Virus record (IMG/VR): IMGVR_UViG_3300037045_000218
Span: 1-50,307 of that record
From: a virus
Taxonomy: Duplodnaviria; Caudoviricetes
Length of the DNA stretch: 50,307 nt
Reading direction: 5' to 3' (one strand)
Under the pieces are notes generated by a model. It ran no database searches. It saw only the letters and a list, made by a program, of their open reading frames with translations, and had not been told where the DNA came from. Below are positions 26,884-36,462 of the stretch, piece after piece. A program made the translations under genes and the position numbers. The stretch's first letter is position 1, and each line of letters opens with the position of its first letter.

Positions 26884-28281
26884 TTACAGCGGATTTGTTC
26901 CGATCTTGGTCACGACAAAAGTAAAGACTAACCCGGTGGTCATGTTTTCTGTTTCAAAAGCACTGCTGCGATATACCTGCGCCACTGTAAACGTAGGTGT
27001 TACGAACGCTGTTAAGTTTTCTTTCAGGTAGCCCTCAGGTGGCGCTAAAACAGGTGTAAATGACAAAGCAAAAGACTCCAGTGCAAAGCGACTGCCTTGA
27101 TTGATGCTGTCCAATTCCATAACGCTTCGGTCATAAGTGATTGTCATATCACCCGAAGCTGAACCAAAGTTCTCCACCGTAAAGACCAATTCAGTATTGT
27201 CCGACCCTGCCGATGTGCTAACGACGTGGAACGCCGCATTTAGCGTGTCCTTGATCGTAAATGCTGGCGCAACAGTAGAAAGATCCACGTCAAGCACGTG
27301 ACTAAATGTTAAGCGAATCGTCGTGGCGTTATCGTTCGATAATTCCAGTGCAACCGGATAGATCGGCTCTGCTACGTTGAACCAAACATCAGCTATACTA
27401 GCTTCAAGGTTCTCATCACCACCAAATAAATCTCTTTTCCCTATCGGATGTACTTCAAACGTGATGTCTCCGAGCCCCACAGAAATCGTTTCAGATGGTG
27501 ATGCCATTCCACTCCAGTTTCGATGCGTGATGAGCCAGTGCACTTGTCCCAAGTTATCTTCTATCATGAATCCCAGCCGATAATCATTCGTAATAAATAA
27601 ATTGATAGATTCTGCTATTGCGTCAAATTCAAGAATTACTTTCTCTGGTTCCCAAAAAAAACTTAAATCGCTTTGCTGGCACCAGTTGCGGTAATAAACC
27701 TTACCATCACTCTTGATATAAGCGACCACGACTCCTTGATCTCTGTCTGGATAGTATTTACTTTTCCATCCTCTGCATGCTTTAACTTTTAAAGTTGAGG
27801 CTGCTAGTTGAGTCCGACTTTGATGATGATCCCATTTTTGAACCCATAACACGTTATTGCTGTCTACCCAAAATATATACGGTTTTTCATCAGTGACTAT
27901 CCTCCACTTTTTTCGGTGCATTTCCCAACCGCCATCAAATGCAATTCCGACGGATAATCCAACACCCAACTCAAATTGGTGTTTCCACCCTTCACTCAGT
28001 AAATCAGGATACTCTCTGATTGTTGTTTTCACGATCGAATCATCAATGTGTATCTCATAAATTCGATCTGGATGACCGTATGGCACCAACCTTCTCACCG
28101 CTATTGATATGTCTCCTAGTCCATCTTTTTCTCTTATGGTTTCAGTTAACCAATAATCAGAATCCATTATTGTTGATCTTGCTCGGCTAACCTTCACACT
28201 CATTTTGGGATCTGCATTATTGGCGGGGGTCTGCCTCTTGCTTTGGAGTTTCTCATTTAAGTTAGAGGTGATACTTCTCAT
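26884..28281 (-). CDS. Tail structural protein with Ig-like C-terminal region
   Basis: 465-aa ORF between the Dit-like gene and the fibre; beta-rich. Confidence 0.6.
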   Translation of the reverse strand: MRSITSNLNEKLQSKRQTPANNADPKMSVKVSRARSTIMDSDYWLTETIREKDGLGDISIAVRRLVPYGHPDRIYEIHIDDSIVKTTIREYPDLLSEGWKHQFELGVGLSVGIAFDGGWEMHRKKWRIVTDEKPYIFWVDSNNVLWVQKWDHHQSRTQLAASTLKVKACRGWKSKYYPDRDQGVVVAYIKSDGKVYYRNWCQQSDLSFFWEPEKVILEFDAIAESINLFITNDYRLGFMIEDNLGQVHWLITHRNWSGMASPSETISVGLGDITFEVHPIGKRDLFGGDENLEASIADVWFNVAEPIYPVALELSNDNATTIRLTFSHVLDVDLSTVAPAFTIKDTLNAAFHVVSTSAGSDNTELVFTVENFGSASGDMTITYDRSVMELDSINQGSRFALESFALSFTPVLAPPEGYLKENLTAFVTPTFTVAQVYRSSAFETENMTTGLVFTFVVTKIGTNPL

Positions 28282-28646
28282 AACTCCACCTCCTCTTCGA
28301 TGATCATAGTTATTTTGCCTTCAAATAAGCTTCTATCCTTGTCGCCTTGAGCGTAGCTGATCCGCTTCCACGTTATGCCTTCATCAATGTACACCAAGTA
28401 CTGCTTATTAAGAATAGTTAGTATTATTGGGGTGCCTTGATCGATCAGATGATTCAGTATTTCAGCCTGGTTTAGCGTGGATACGATGGTGCCTTCCATG
28501 CTTTTCATTGGATTACCGATAATCTGGACATGATAACTTCCGTCGAGGAGTCGGTTTACTTGCTTATTAGAGGAATATATCGTCGGGGAGAGTTCCTTTA
28601 CAATTTTCGATAAGGCTTCACCTGTGGATGTTTCCAGCCTAATCAT
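28278..28646 (-). CDS. Distal tail (Dit-like) protein
   Basis: Small ORF overlapping the tape-measure stop. Confidence 0.5.
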   Translation of the reverse strand: MIRLETSTGEALSKIVKELSPTIYSSNKQVNRLLDGSYHVQIIGNPMKSMEGTIVSTLNQAEILNHLIDQGTPIILTILNKQYLVYIDEGITWKRISYAQGDKDRSLFEGKITMIIEEEVEL

Positions 28647-30823
28647 CCTAACCTCGCCTCCCTTCTAAACTGATCCATAATGATGTCAACGACCCCGGTC
28701 AGTTCATTCTTATTGTTGATCCCTCGAACCTCGATCACTCCGGTATGCTCAACAATAGACCTAACAGTATTTCCAAGCTCAGGCACCACTGTTTTCATGT
28801 TTAGGTTTGAATCCACGTTAAAATCGGTAGGAATCGAGGTTTGCATGTCCCTTGCAACCTTACCCATCACATTTTCAAAACCCACCCCGATGCCCGCACC
28901 CATATTTTCACCGATCCCAGCAAACACCACAGATGGGGAGTGAATCCCAAGTACGTTTTTCGCACCCTTCACAATACCCGAGAAGAAGCCTCCAATTTTT
29001 TCACTGATCCAACTGCCCATTGATTTCATGCCTTCCCACAAACCACTCACGATGTTCTTACCAATTCCAAACACCGCACCCATGCCTTTGCCAATGCCAA
29101 GGACTATTGCAGAGATGATTTGCGGTAAGGATGATATGAGCTGCGGGATGGCCCTGATTAGTCCTACAGCTAGCTGAAGTGTTAGCTGCGCACCCAAAGA
29201 AATGATTGCCGGCAGATTGTTTGTGATGAAGCTGATGATACTGGTAATAATTTGGGGCAACGCTTCCATCAACCTGGGTAGAGCGTTTAAAAGCCCCAAG
29301 GCCAAACCTTCAATGAGAGCAAACGACGCTTCCATGACTTGATCCATGTTACCTATTAAACTCTGTGCAATGAGGATAACCGCCTCCATAGCAGCGGGGA
29401 TCAATACCGGCAAAGCTAAACCGATGCCTTCCACAAGGGATGTGACCAGCTGCACCGCAGCATCGATAAGTAGCGGAAGACTATCGATTAGTGCCCCCAC
29501 AATCGTCAATACTGCAGTAACGGCTGCCGGGATCAGCTCAGGAAGGAGTTGAATGATGGTTTGTAGTACTTTTGTGAATAACTCTGTAACGGTCTTGAGG
29601 AGCATGGGCAACATTCCACCGATGGCTGATAAAATAGCATCCGTCGCCTTAGGTAGAGCTTTCACGATATTTTCAAGCACCGGTACGATATTTTTAACCA
29701 CAGTCTCAAATGCATCAACCAGATTCTCGGTCAAATTCGTCATGTCGGCGTTGGCGTTTCCGAGTCCCGCTGTGAAAGATCCAAGCGATGCTTTAAGTAG
29801 ACCGATTGATCCGCTGATGGTTTGAGTGCTTTCCTTAGCGAAGTTGCCAGCATACTGCTGGGTATTTTCGAAGAACATCTGCATGGCTACTTCAGCCTTT
29901 TCTGCTTGCGTCGCACTGTTCCAGGTGAAATCGAGCCCTTTTGCAAGGGCATAAGCTTCCACGTTGGTAGCGTTCATGGCCACACCCAGGTTATCCATCA
30001 TGGTAAAGTTGCCTTTAGCCGCACCAGCCACCGAATCGAGTGCCATTTGCATATCAATGCCCATGACAGAAGCCATATCGGCTGCTCGCTGCATGGCTTT
30101 TTCAGTCAACTCGAGGCTTTTTTGTTGGTCGATACCAGAGCCTTGGAACAAAGCGCCCATTTTATTTGCCGTTGCCAGGTAGTCACTTTGAGATACTCCG
30201 AGGTTTTTATACGCTTCCTCTCCAGTCTTTTGAATCGAAGCGGCGTACGCTCCGAAAACAGCCTCAGAGCCGCCGAGATTCTGTTCCAACTCGCCAAACT
30301 GCTGCACGACTTCCGTACCGAGCCTTATGGCAGCCGCTCCGGCAGCTACCACCACAGATCCCATGGCTATCCCCATGCCTTTAAGTGTGGTGGAGAGTTT
30401 CCCAAATCGATCTCCGGCAGCATCTGCGGATTTACCGGACTTTCCTAATTCTTCCCCCAAGTCCTGGGCTGTTGCGGTAGACTCCCCTAGTTCCTTTTCC
30501 ATCTTATTAAGATCCGCGTTTGCGTTATTAAGCTGTATCTGCCAAGCTTTTGTTCTCTTGTCATTTTCTCCAAATGATTCCGCAGCATTGTTGAGCGCTG
30601 CTTCAAGCGTGTTGATCTTATTTTTCTGCTCGTCGATTTCTCTAGTTAAAACTTCACTACGTGCTGTAGCCGCCTTTATGGATTTGTCCTGATGGTCAAA
30701 TTGAGAGGTGACAAGATTCATTTCTGAACCCAGCACTTTGAAGCTTTGATTGATATCTCGAAGCGCGTTCTTAAATTCCTTTTCCCCTTCGATTCCGATT
30801 TTGAATCCGAAACTATCAGCCAA
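28643..30823 (-). CDS. Tail tape measure protein
   Basis: ADSFGFKIGIEGEKEF N-terminus, coiled coil, amphipathic LPxLI repeats, GIHSPS; TTG start after GGAGGTG. Confidence 0.92.
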   Translation of the reverse strand: MADSFGFKIGIEGEKEFKNALRDINQSFKVLGSEMNLVTSQFDHQDKSIKAATARSEVLTREIDEQKNKINTLEAALNNAAESFGENDKRTKAWQIQLNNANADLNKMEKELGESTATAQDLGEELGKSGKSADAAGDRFGKLSTTLKGMGIAMGSVVVAAGAAAIRLGTEVVQQFGELEQNLGGSEAVFGAYAASIQKTGEEAYKNLGVSQSDYLATANKMGALFQGSGIDQQKSLELTEKAMQRAADMASVMGIDMQMALDSVAGAAKGNFTMMDNLGVAMNATNVEAYALAKGLDFTWNSATQAEKAEVAMQMFFENTQQYAGNFAKESTQTISGSIGLLKASLGSFTAGLGNANADMTNLTENLVDAFETVVKNIVPVLENIVKALPKATDAILSAIGGMLPMLLKTVTELFTKVLQTIIQLLPELIPAAVTAVLTIVGALIDSLPLLIDAAVQLVTSLVEGIGLALPVLIPAAMEAVILIAQSLIGNMDQVMEASFALIEGLALGLLNALPRLMEALPQIITSIISFITNNLPAIISLGAQLTLQLAVGLIRAIPQLISSLPQIISAIVLGIGKGMGAVFGIGKNIVSGLWEGMKSMGSWISEKIGGFFSGIVKGAKNVLGIHSPSVVFAGIGENMGAGIGVGFENVMGKVARDMQTSIPTDFNVDSNLNMKTVVPELGNTVRSIVEHTGVIEVRGINNKNELTGVVDIIMDQFRREARLG

Positions 30824-30854
30824 GTTCATCACCTCCATGTGGGAAATAAGCGTG

Positions 30855-30880
30855 AAAAAAGCACCCCGTTATGGAGCGCC
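30855..30880 (-). terminator. Intrinsic terminator closing moron slot before tape measure gene
   Basis: GCGCTCCATAACGGGGTGC + TTTTTT. Confidence 0.65.
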
Positions 30881-30983
30881 ACTTTCAGTAAGACTATTTA
30901 ATAATAAAGGAGTATCTAATAGTTTTATATCTCTGAAACTAAGTTTGCTTTCAATATTCACAATCATCCGAATAATCCAACTT

Positions 30984-31298
30984 CTAATATTTATCGAACC
31001 CGAACTTGGATAACCTGTCTTTACAAAGTTCGCGCTCTTCTTCCGTAAACAGGTTCTCATACTCAGGTTTCAAGACGTGTGCCTCAACAGACAAATCTAA
31101 TCTTTTATTTTCCCATAGTACTTCAAACCCATAGGTTCCACCATCTTTAGATATGAGTTTCTTTGCTGCTTCAATGCCTCCTACTTGTGATAGCAGCTGC
31201 AAAAACCGTGTTGCATTGTAGCCTAACTCTTTCTTTGCACGGTCATAAATACTTTTCATGTCTGCGTTAAACTTTATTTCCAAAGTATTCATTTTCAT
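30984..31298 (-). CDS. Small hypothetical moron protein
   Basis: 104-aa ORF, RBS, GFEVLWENKRLDLSVEA motif; paralogous fragment at 20261-20329. Confidence 0.75.
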   Translation of the reverse strand: MKMNTLEIKFNADMKSIYDRAKKELGYNATRFLQLLSQVGGIEAAKKLISKDGGTYGFEVLWENKRLDLSVEAHVLKPEYENLFTEEERELCKDRLSKFGFDKY

Positions 31299-31305
31299 GC
31301 CCCCT

Positions 31306-31908
31306 CTATTTTATAACATCCCAGTTATTTAAGTGATCTGTAACATTTACAGTCTTTTCACGAACTTCGGTGGCTTTCCCATCTTCGACAACAAAATATA
31401 AATGCAACTGGTTGCTATCAGCTGAACGGTTTTCATCTCGATACTCACCTAATTCATCTGCCTCATATAGAAAGAAGTTCCAATTGCCATTTTTATCAAC
31501 AACAGAGAAAAGACAATAATCATATATGCTACCAATGATTTCTTCGAGATTTATTGTATGCCAAGCATGTTCATATCCAGATCTATGCTCATATGTTTTA
31601 CTATGATAAAACTTAATGATAACTGCTCTTTTAGCACCAACATCAGGCTTCATAATTTTAATTCCACTACCCTCTAATCTTGACGCTTTCTCAACAAAAC
31701 AATCTGGGAATTTGCTCTGGATCATTTTCATTGCTTTATCCCTTGCCTTGGATCTTGTAAAATCTCCTGCAACACCACTGTCTTCTTCTAACAAATCTTC
31801 ATCCACCTCATCCTTGAGAGATTTAAGTTCACTTTGAACGTCTGTCACCTTCTCCTCGAGGACTTGCACTCTGCTCATTAACTCCAAAATAATTTTATCA
31901 TAGTTCAT
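31306..31908 (-). CDS. Hypothetical moron protein with N-terminal coiled coil
   Basis: ORF with GAGGTG RBS and own promoter. Confidence 0.7.
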   Translation of the reverse strand: MNYDKIILELMSRVQVLEEKVTDVQSELKSLKDEVDEDLLEEDSGVAGDFTRSKARDKAMKMIQSKFPDCFVEKASRLEGSGIKIMKPDVGAKRAVIIKFYHSKTYEHRSGYEHAWHTINLEEIIGSIYDYCLFSVVDKNGNWNFFLYEADELGEYRDENRSADSNQLHLYFVVEDGKATEVREKTVNVTDHLNNWDVIK

Positions 31909-31936
31909 CAAAGGCACCTCTTTCTTTTTTGATTTT

Positions 31937-31965
31937 ATCATACAAGATATAATCAATTATGTCAA
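31937..31965 (-). promoter_or_regulatory. Near-consensus sigma-A promoter of moron
   Basis: TTGACA-17 bp-TATGAT. Confidence 0.75.
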
Positions 31966-32114
31966 TGATATATTTAGATAAAATTATGATAAGATCATTT
32001 TACCAAAAACACCTCTCAAGAAAAAAATATTTTTAAAACACTGTTATCTGAAATACGAGTGTGCACTGTTATTTTCGTTTGTACATTTTAATTATTTACG
32101 CATAGAAATAACAT

Positions 32115-32483
32115 CTAAATCCATTCAGGTACAATATCGTCGATTAAGCCTTCCTTCTTCACCCACAGCTATTCGATGGTCAGAGTTATCAGTTAGTACA
32201 ATACAGGAATAACAGTCCTCGTGCGGGAACGCCTGCATCGTTTTAGCAACCGAAAAGAATGCAACTAAAATATGAGTTCGTATCTGGTTCTTGGTAAAAG
32301 AGTTGCCATAGCTTATCGAAGTTTCGAGCGAGCTGGTTGCACCTCGATAAATAACCTTTTAGATCCTCGCAAAGCTACGATGTCAATCCCCTTCTTTATT
32401 GTCGTCAATTGACTCTCAACTGTGTATCCTGGCTTTTCTAACTTTTGCGCCACAAACTTTACCACATCATTTTCAGTAAACAT
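32115..32483 (-). pseudogene. Frameshifted PD-(D/E)XK restriction-like nuclease
   Basis: MFTENDVV...GIDIVALRGSKRLFIE then frame change to GATSS...YGNSFTKNQIRTH; the catalytic ExK appears disrupted. Confidence 0.6.
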
Positions 32484-32516
32484 ATCTATCTTTTTTATAC
32501 TAGATTGTTTTATATG

Positions 32517-33266
32517 TCAATTCCTGGTGAATCTACATTTCGGATAGTTGGAACATCCAAGAAAACTGCCATACTTACCGTTTCGTTCAATAAGAGTACC
32601 TTCGCATTTGGGACATTTAGAACCAGCAGTAAGCGTTTCGAATGCATTAATCTTTTCTTCTATCTTTAATATGTGTTCTTGCTTAGCTTCAGGATTACGA
32701 AGTGTCTGATTTTGAAGTTTATTAACTATGGCGGCAACATCAGAACTTCCAATAACTTTTTCCATATAACCTTGGATAATTTGGTTTATCCGATGGAAAT
32801 AAACAACATGGCTCGTTGTTTCTATTTTTAAATCACACTTTGGGGAAAACGCTACGATTGGTATAATCGGAACACTCCCATATTCAGATAGCTTTGATTC
32901 AACTGCTTTCACATGGGCATAGTTTTGATGAATTGGATTCATAAATCTGCTTTTCTTTCCGTAAATGTTTTGTGTCCACTGGGCTGATTTCTCAGATCCA
33001 AAAATCCACCCAGTATAGTTTTTAACTTCAATTACAAATACCCCATATTGCGAAATCACAATGTGGTCTACTTGAGTTGTCCCTGTGTTCGTGTCGAAAA
33101 TCATGTCGTTTAGGGTTGTATATTCATCCTTTGGTAAACGACCCAAAACAACAGATACTGCCTTTTCTCCAATCCAACCCTTGATTGTAGGTCTAAATAT
33201 CTTTAATAACGCTGTAAGAAAAATGAGCAACCATATAAACCAAAACTGGGACATAATATAGAGCAT
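32517..33266 (-). CDS. NERD nuclease with N-terminal TM helix and topoisomerase-type C4 zinc finger
   Basis: GWIGEK, QVDHIVI..YGVFVIEVKNY, NPIHQN; CPKC...FLGCSNYPKC. Confidence 0.88.
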   Translation of the reverse strand: MLYIMSQFWFIWLLIFLTALLKIFRPTIKGWIGEKAVSVVLGRLPKDEYTTLNDMIFDTNTGTTQVDHIVISQYGVFVIEVKNYTGWIFGSEKSAQWTQNIYGKKSRFMNPIHQNYAHVKAVESKLSEYGSVPIIPIVAFSPKCDLKIETTSHVVYFHRINQIIQGYMEKVIGSSDVAAIVNKLQNQTLRNPEAKQEHILKIEEKINAFETLTAGSKCPKCEGTLIERNGKYGSFLGCSNYPKCRFTRN

Positions 33267-33297
33267 CACGACTCTCCTTTCAAAAACATTAATGTAA

Positions 33298-33507
33298 TTA
33301 TATCCCAGTTGGTATAACATCGTCAATTTTGTAATCTTGTTTCGAGTTGGCCAGTCCATACGATTGTTTGTGACACTCGAACAGATCTAGGAGCCATCCT
33401 AGTGGCATTAGCCATACTTTATCTTCGGCAAAACCTAGCTGCACGGTACCATAGTAGATAAGTCGGGTAAATAGTTCTTCATCACTTACCCGACTTCCTC
33501 GTTTTTT
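33298..33507 (-). CDS. Tail assembly chaperone -1 frameshift extension (gpT-like)
   Basis: Slippery AAAAAAC at 33507-33501; -1 frame reads RVSDEELFTRLIYYG...IDDVIPTGI*. Confidence 0.75.
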   Translation of the reverse strand, partial: KKRGSRVSDEELFTRLIYYGTVQLGFAEDKVWLMPLGWLLDLFECHKQSYGLANSKQDYKIDDVIPTGI

Positions 33508-33896
33508 GAGGGTTCACTCTCCACATTTCGTTTGGTGCCTCTCATCATACTGACCATGATGGCCTCTTTGTAATTTGCTAGATCGAATGGGGTCGTAAGT
33601 AGCTCGACTTCCTCTTCTGTTATCAGATCTCTTTTAGAATCCTTATTCCGGATGTTATGAATCTGAATGGATTGATTGGCAAGGAGCGTAATGAGCCAGA
33701 CAATCTCATCCAGGGCGAGCTCAAAATTCTCGCTTTTCATCAGCTTCTCGCCTAGGTTTTCTAAGCCACCATAGCGCTTGGCAATTTCCTTTGTAGCCTT
33801 AGTCGTGAGAATCATTTTAAACTCTGCACCACCAATATCTATAGCAGAACTTCGTTCTTCTGCGACCTCATCTATTTCGATTCTTTTTTCTTCCAT
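33486..33896 (-). CDS. Tail assembly chaperone (gpG-like)
   Basis: Follows major tail gene; ends ...SKNEEVG at slippery site. Confidence 0.8.
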   Translation of the reverse strand: MEEKRIEIDEVAEERSSAIDIGGAEFKMILTTKATKEIAKRYGGLENLGEKLMKSENFELALDEIVWLITLLANQSIQIHNIRNKDSKRDLITEEEVELLTTPFDLANYKEAIMVSMMRGTKRNVESEPSKNEEVG

Positions 33897-33910
33897 GTTT
33901 CCTCCCTCTG

Positions 33911-34792
33911 TTAAGACACAACTACATTGGCAACTCCCGTTGTTACAGCGTCAGCCCCACTTAAAGTTAGCACACAATAGTAATAATAAGTGTCTGCCAA
34001 AAGGTCAGTTGGGATGACAAAAATGGATGCTGTTTCTCCAGTAATTGATGTGCCACCGGTTGCAGCATCTACAGTGTTTTCAAACCACTGATAATTAACG
34101 GAATCTGAAATATTGGAGCTTGCCGCAACTGTTAGACTCCCTGTAATGCTACCAGCTGTTAATTCCGTCAAAGATTCCGGTTGAGAGGTAATGGTAATCG
34201 TCGGTATCACAGGTGCGAATTGGGGTTCATAAACGCTTGTGAACCAATTTATAGTCGTAGCTCCAGCTACTCCATTGTCGCCTTCCGTGACTTCTGCTTT
34301 CCAAGGATGCTTGTTTTCGCCATCCAACTTGTTCCGTCTAAAAACCGTTCCTTCTATGGTGGGAGAGCTAAAGGTGATGGAATCACCTTTGGTAGCAAGA
34401 CTAGTAGCTGGAACGCTGAAGATCACCCTGTAGAGCCAAAAGTATCTGTATTTTCCATTCGCCTTCTTAGCGCGAAATCCAACCGCCACAGGGCTTCCGC
34501 CATCCTCACTTCTCGAAACGATTACATTGTTGCTGTCGATTTTACACCCCGTTAGATCGTGGGCTACCAAAGATCCAATGTCATCGATCCCTAAACTAAG
34601 CGTTCCATTCTTGAACTCTTTCACCACTTCACAGGGACCATCATCTGCATAAAGAATTGCTTCAACCAACTCAATGCTAAGTTCTGCGCTCATAGCTTTG
34701 GCTAAAACTCTGGGTGTACCATACGCCTCAATGCCATTAGCATCTTCGGTGATTTTGGCGTAGTATAAACTATCCAGTCCAATTGTTGCCAT
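33911..34792 (-). CDS. Major tail protein (phi13 family) with C-terminal Ig-like domain
   Basis: MATIGLD.LYYAKI, LYADDG, YRYFWLY; PTITITSQP...YQW...YYYC. Confidence 0.92.
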   Translation of the reverse strand: MATIGLDSLYYAKITEDANGIEAYGTPRVLAKAMSAELSIELVEAILYADDGPCEVVKEFKNGTLSLGIDDIGSLVAHDLTGCKIDSNNVIVSRSEDGGSPVAVGFRAKKANGKYRYFWLYRVIFSVPATSLATKGDSITFSSPTIEGTVFRRNKLDGENKHPWKAEVTEGDNGVAGATTINWFTSVYEPQFAPVIPTITITSQPESLTELTAGSITGSLTVAASSNISDSVNYQWFENTVDAATGGTSITGETASIFVIPTDLLADTYYYYCVLTLSGADAVTTGVANVVVS

Positions 34793-34795
34793 GTA

Positions 34796-35134
34796 TCATT
34801 CCTCCAATTCGTAATTTTTCGCCACATCAATGGCGTAGTGGTGATAGCCCGTATCGCTCTCGTATACGATATACCGGCGGTCTGTTATGATAAAATCCGC
34901 TGCTACCAGGCTTCTGACTATGCGGTTTTTAACTGTCGTATAGCTTCCCTTGTCAAATAGAGAAATCCGAGCCTCCTGGATTTCTTGCCTAGGCTTATCA
35001 TCGCTGTGAAGTTCAAAGGTGTCTATCAAGGGTGTGATGACGGCATAACGCTGTGGTGCGGTTTCCGAAAACACACCGGTTTCCACAGGCAGAAGTGGCA
35101 AGAGGAGAGTGTTTATTTCACTTAAGATACTCAT
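34796..35134 (-). CDS. Tail terminator/completion protein
   Basis: Position; YESDTGYHHYAIDV. Confidence 0.7.
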   Translation of the reverse strand: MSILSEINTLLLPLLPVETGVFSETAPQRYAVITPLIDTFELHSDDKPRQEIQEARISLFDKGSYTTVKNRIVRSLVAADFIITDRRYIVYESDTGYHHYAIDVAKNYELEE

Positions 35135-35562
35135 AGTTTCTCCATCTCCTCTTCCAACACTGCTATCATTTCATCCATGCAAGCTTTTTTACTTGCTGCT
35201 ATCGCCGGTTTTAAAAATGGCTTTGGCAACTGACCATGCTTTCCGTATTCCAAAACGCCGGCAATCATCGCATTGCTTTTGCCATCCTTTCGCGGTTCAG
35301 AAAAACCCACTTTGACGTTGAAATTGCCATCCTTATCCTGTTTTGCCGGAGAGGCTCCGAGTGCAAAAACCAGCTCTCCGGTGGATCGGCTTTCTACCTT
35401 AGTACCTTTACCGATGATACTTTGTAGATTGTTTTTTACTTTTGCTGCTACAACCTCGCCCCCGGCTCTTAAGACACGTGGGATGATCTCATCGGTTTTC
35501 TCTCCGATCCTGGATAACTTCAAAAGAAATTCTTCCGGCATTTTAAATGTTGCCTTAGCCAC
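35131..35562 (-). CDS. HK97 gp10-family neck protein
   Basis: TGEL, LEYG...PKPFLKPA. Confidence 0.85.
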   Translation of the reverse strand: MAKATFKMPEEFLLKLSRIGEKTDEIIPRVLRAGGEVVAAKVKNNLQSIIGKGTKVESRSTGELVFALGASPAKQDKDGNFNVKVGFSEPRKDGKSNAMIAGVLEYGKHGQLPKPFLKPAIAASKKACMDEMIAVLEEEMEKL

Positions 35563-35887
35563 TTGAGGTCACCTCCTTGGCAAAAACCTCCGTATACATC
35601 CCGCGACCCTTCACATCTTCCACCGAGGTGATGTCAAATCGGCTGTCCCCATTTACGATGAGCGTGGCGGTAGTGACATTGAGTCCGGGAATCCGGCGGA
35701 AGCGGAAAAGGTCGGTTGCCTCAGAAAACGAAGCCCTATTTGCCCACTTCTCATTCCCATGACGTCCTTCTCGGTACGCCTTAACGCTCACTACAATGTT
35801 ATCCGTTTCCGTCTTAAACCCTTCCAAATCTTTACCGACCACTCTCTCAATGATGTCAATAAAAGTATTCATCTTTCCATAGCTCAT
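35555..35887 (-). CDS. Head-tail adaptor/head closure protein
   Basis: GKMNTFI...DLEGF...FRFR; position. Confidence 0.8.
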   Translation of the reverse strand: MSYGKMNTFIDIIERVVGKDLEGFKTETDNIVVSVKAYREGRHGNEKWANRASFSEATDLFRFRRIPGLNVTTATLIVNGDSRFDITSVEDVKGRGMYTEVFAKEVTSSG

Positions 35888-35889
35888 CA

Positions 35890-36198
35890 CTACACCTTCC
35901 AATCCCGGTCAAGTCTTAATAGTAGATTGACCGTATTCCATACCTGCTGCCCAGCTTGCACGCTGTCCGCAAAAAAGCCACCCGTGCTGCCGTCCCTGGA
36001 TTCATAGAAATGAGACGACAGCATGATGATGGCCTGCTGCGAAGTTGGGGGCATTGGGTTTTCATTATAGAAATTCTCAGCAAGGTGCTGGTAACTCTCG
36101 GCGTATGCAGTAGCACCAGTGATATACATCTGCAGGATTTCATCATCTGCGTCGTGTTCGAGAATCAAGTTTACTTTGACTTTTTCAAGCAGTGTCAT
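35890..36198 (-). CDS. Head-tail connector (gp6-like)
   Basis: VKVNLILEHDADD...QAIIMLSSHFYESR. Confidence 0.88.
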   Translation of the reverse strand: MTLLEKVKVNLILEHDADDEILQMYITGATAYAESYQHLAENFYNENPMPPTSQQAIIMLSSHFYESRDGSTGGFFADSVQAGQQVWNTVNLLLRLDRDWKV

Positions 36199-36222
36199 AT
36201 CACCACCGTCCTTTCATTTTTC

Positions 36223-36450
36223 CTAACTATCTGCCGCCATTAGTCCGGCGGCTTTTAGCTTTGAAACAAGTGCATTGAAGTCGACAACGAGTCCGGCAAT
36301 GGTAGTAGCGGTTGAGTCTAACTGGTTTTCGGCCGGGGTGAACGGTGAGGTTAGCCCCGTCACCGAGGCTCCCTCCTTGATTTCAAGCGTGCCACCAATA
36401 ACGGTTTTCTCACCGCCTTGTTCAGTGTAGTTCTTCGTGTTATAACTCAT
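36223..36450 (-). CDS. Head fibre/decoration protein
   Basis: DFNALVSKLKAAGLM motif after the capsid gene. Confidence 0.7.
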   Translation of the reverse strand: MSYNTKNYTEQGGEKTVIGGTLEIKEGASVTGLTSPFTPAENQLDSTATTIAGLVVDFNALVSKLKAAGLMAADS

Positions 36451-36462
36451 AGCACTCCTCCT

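Noticed and set aside
29100-29720. Periodic repeats within 28643-30823
   Set aside because: Ordinary amphipathic repeats of a tape measure protein
32115-32144. IDDIVPEWI as a duplicated 3' end of the tail chaperone extension (IDDVIPTGI)
   Set aside because: Equally explained as the natural C-terminus of the decayed nuclease gene; too short to decide
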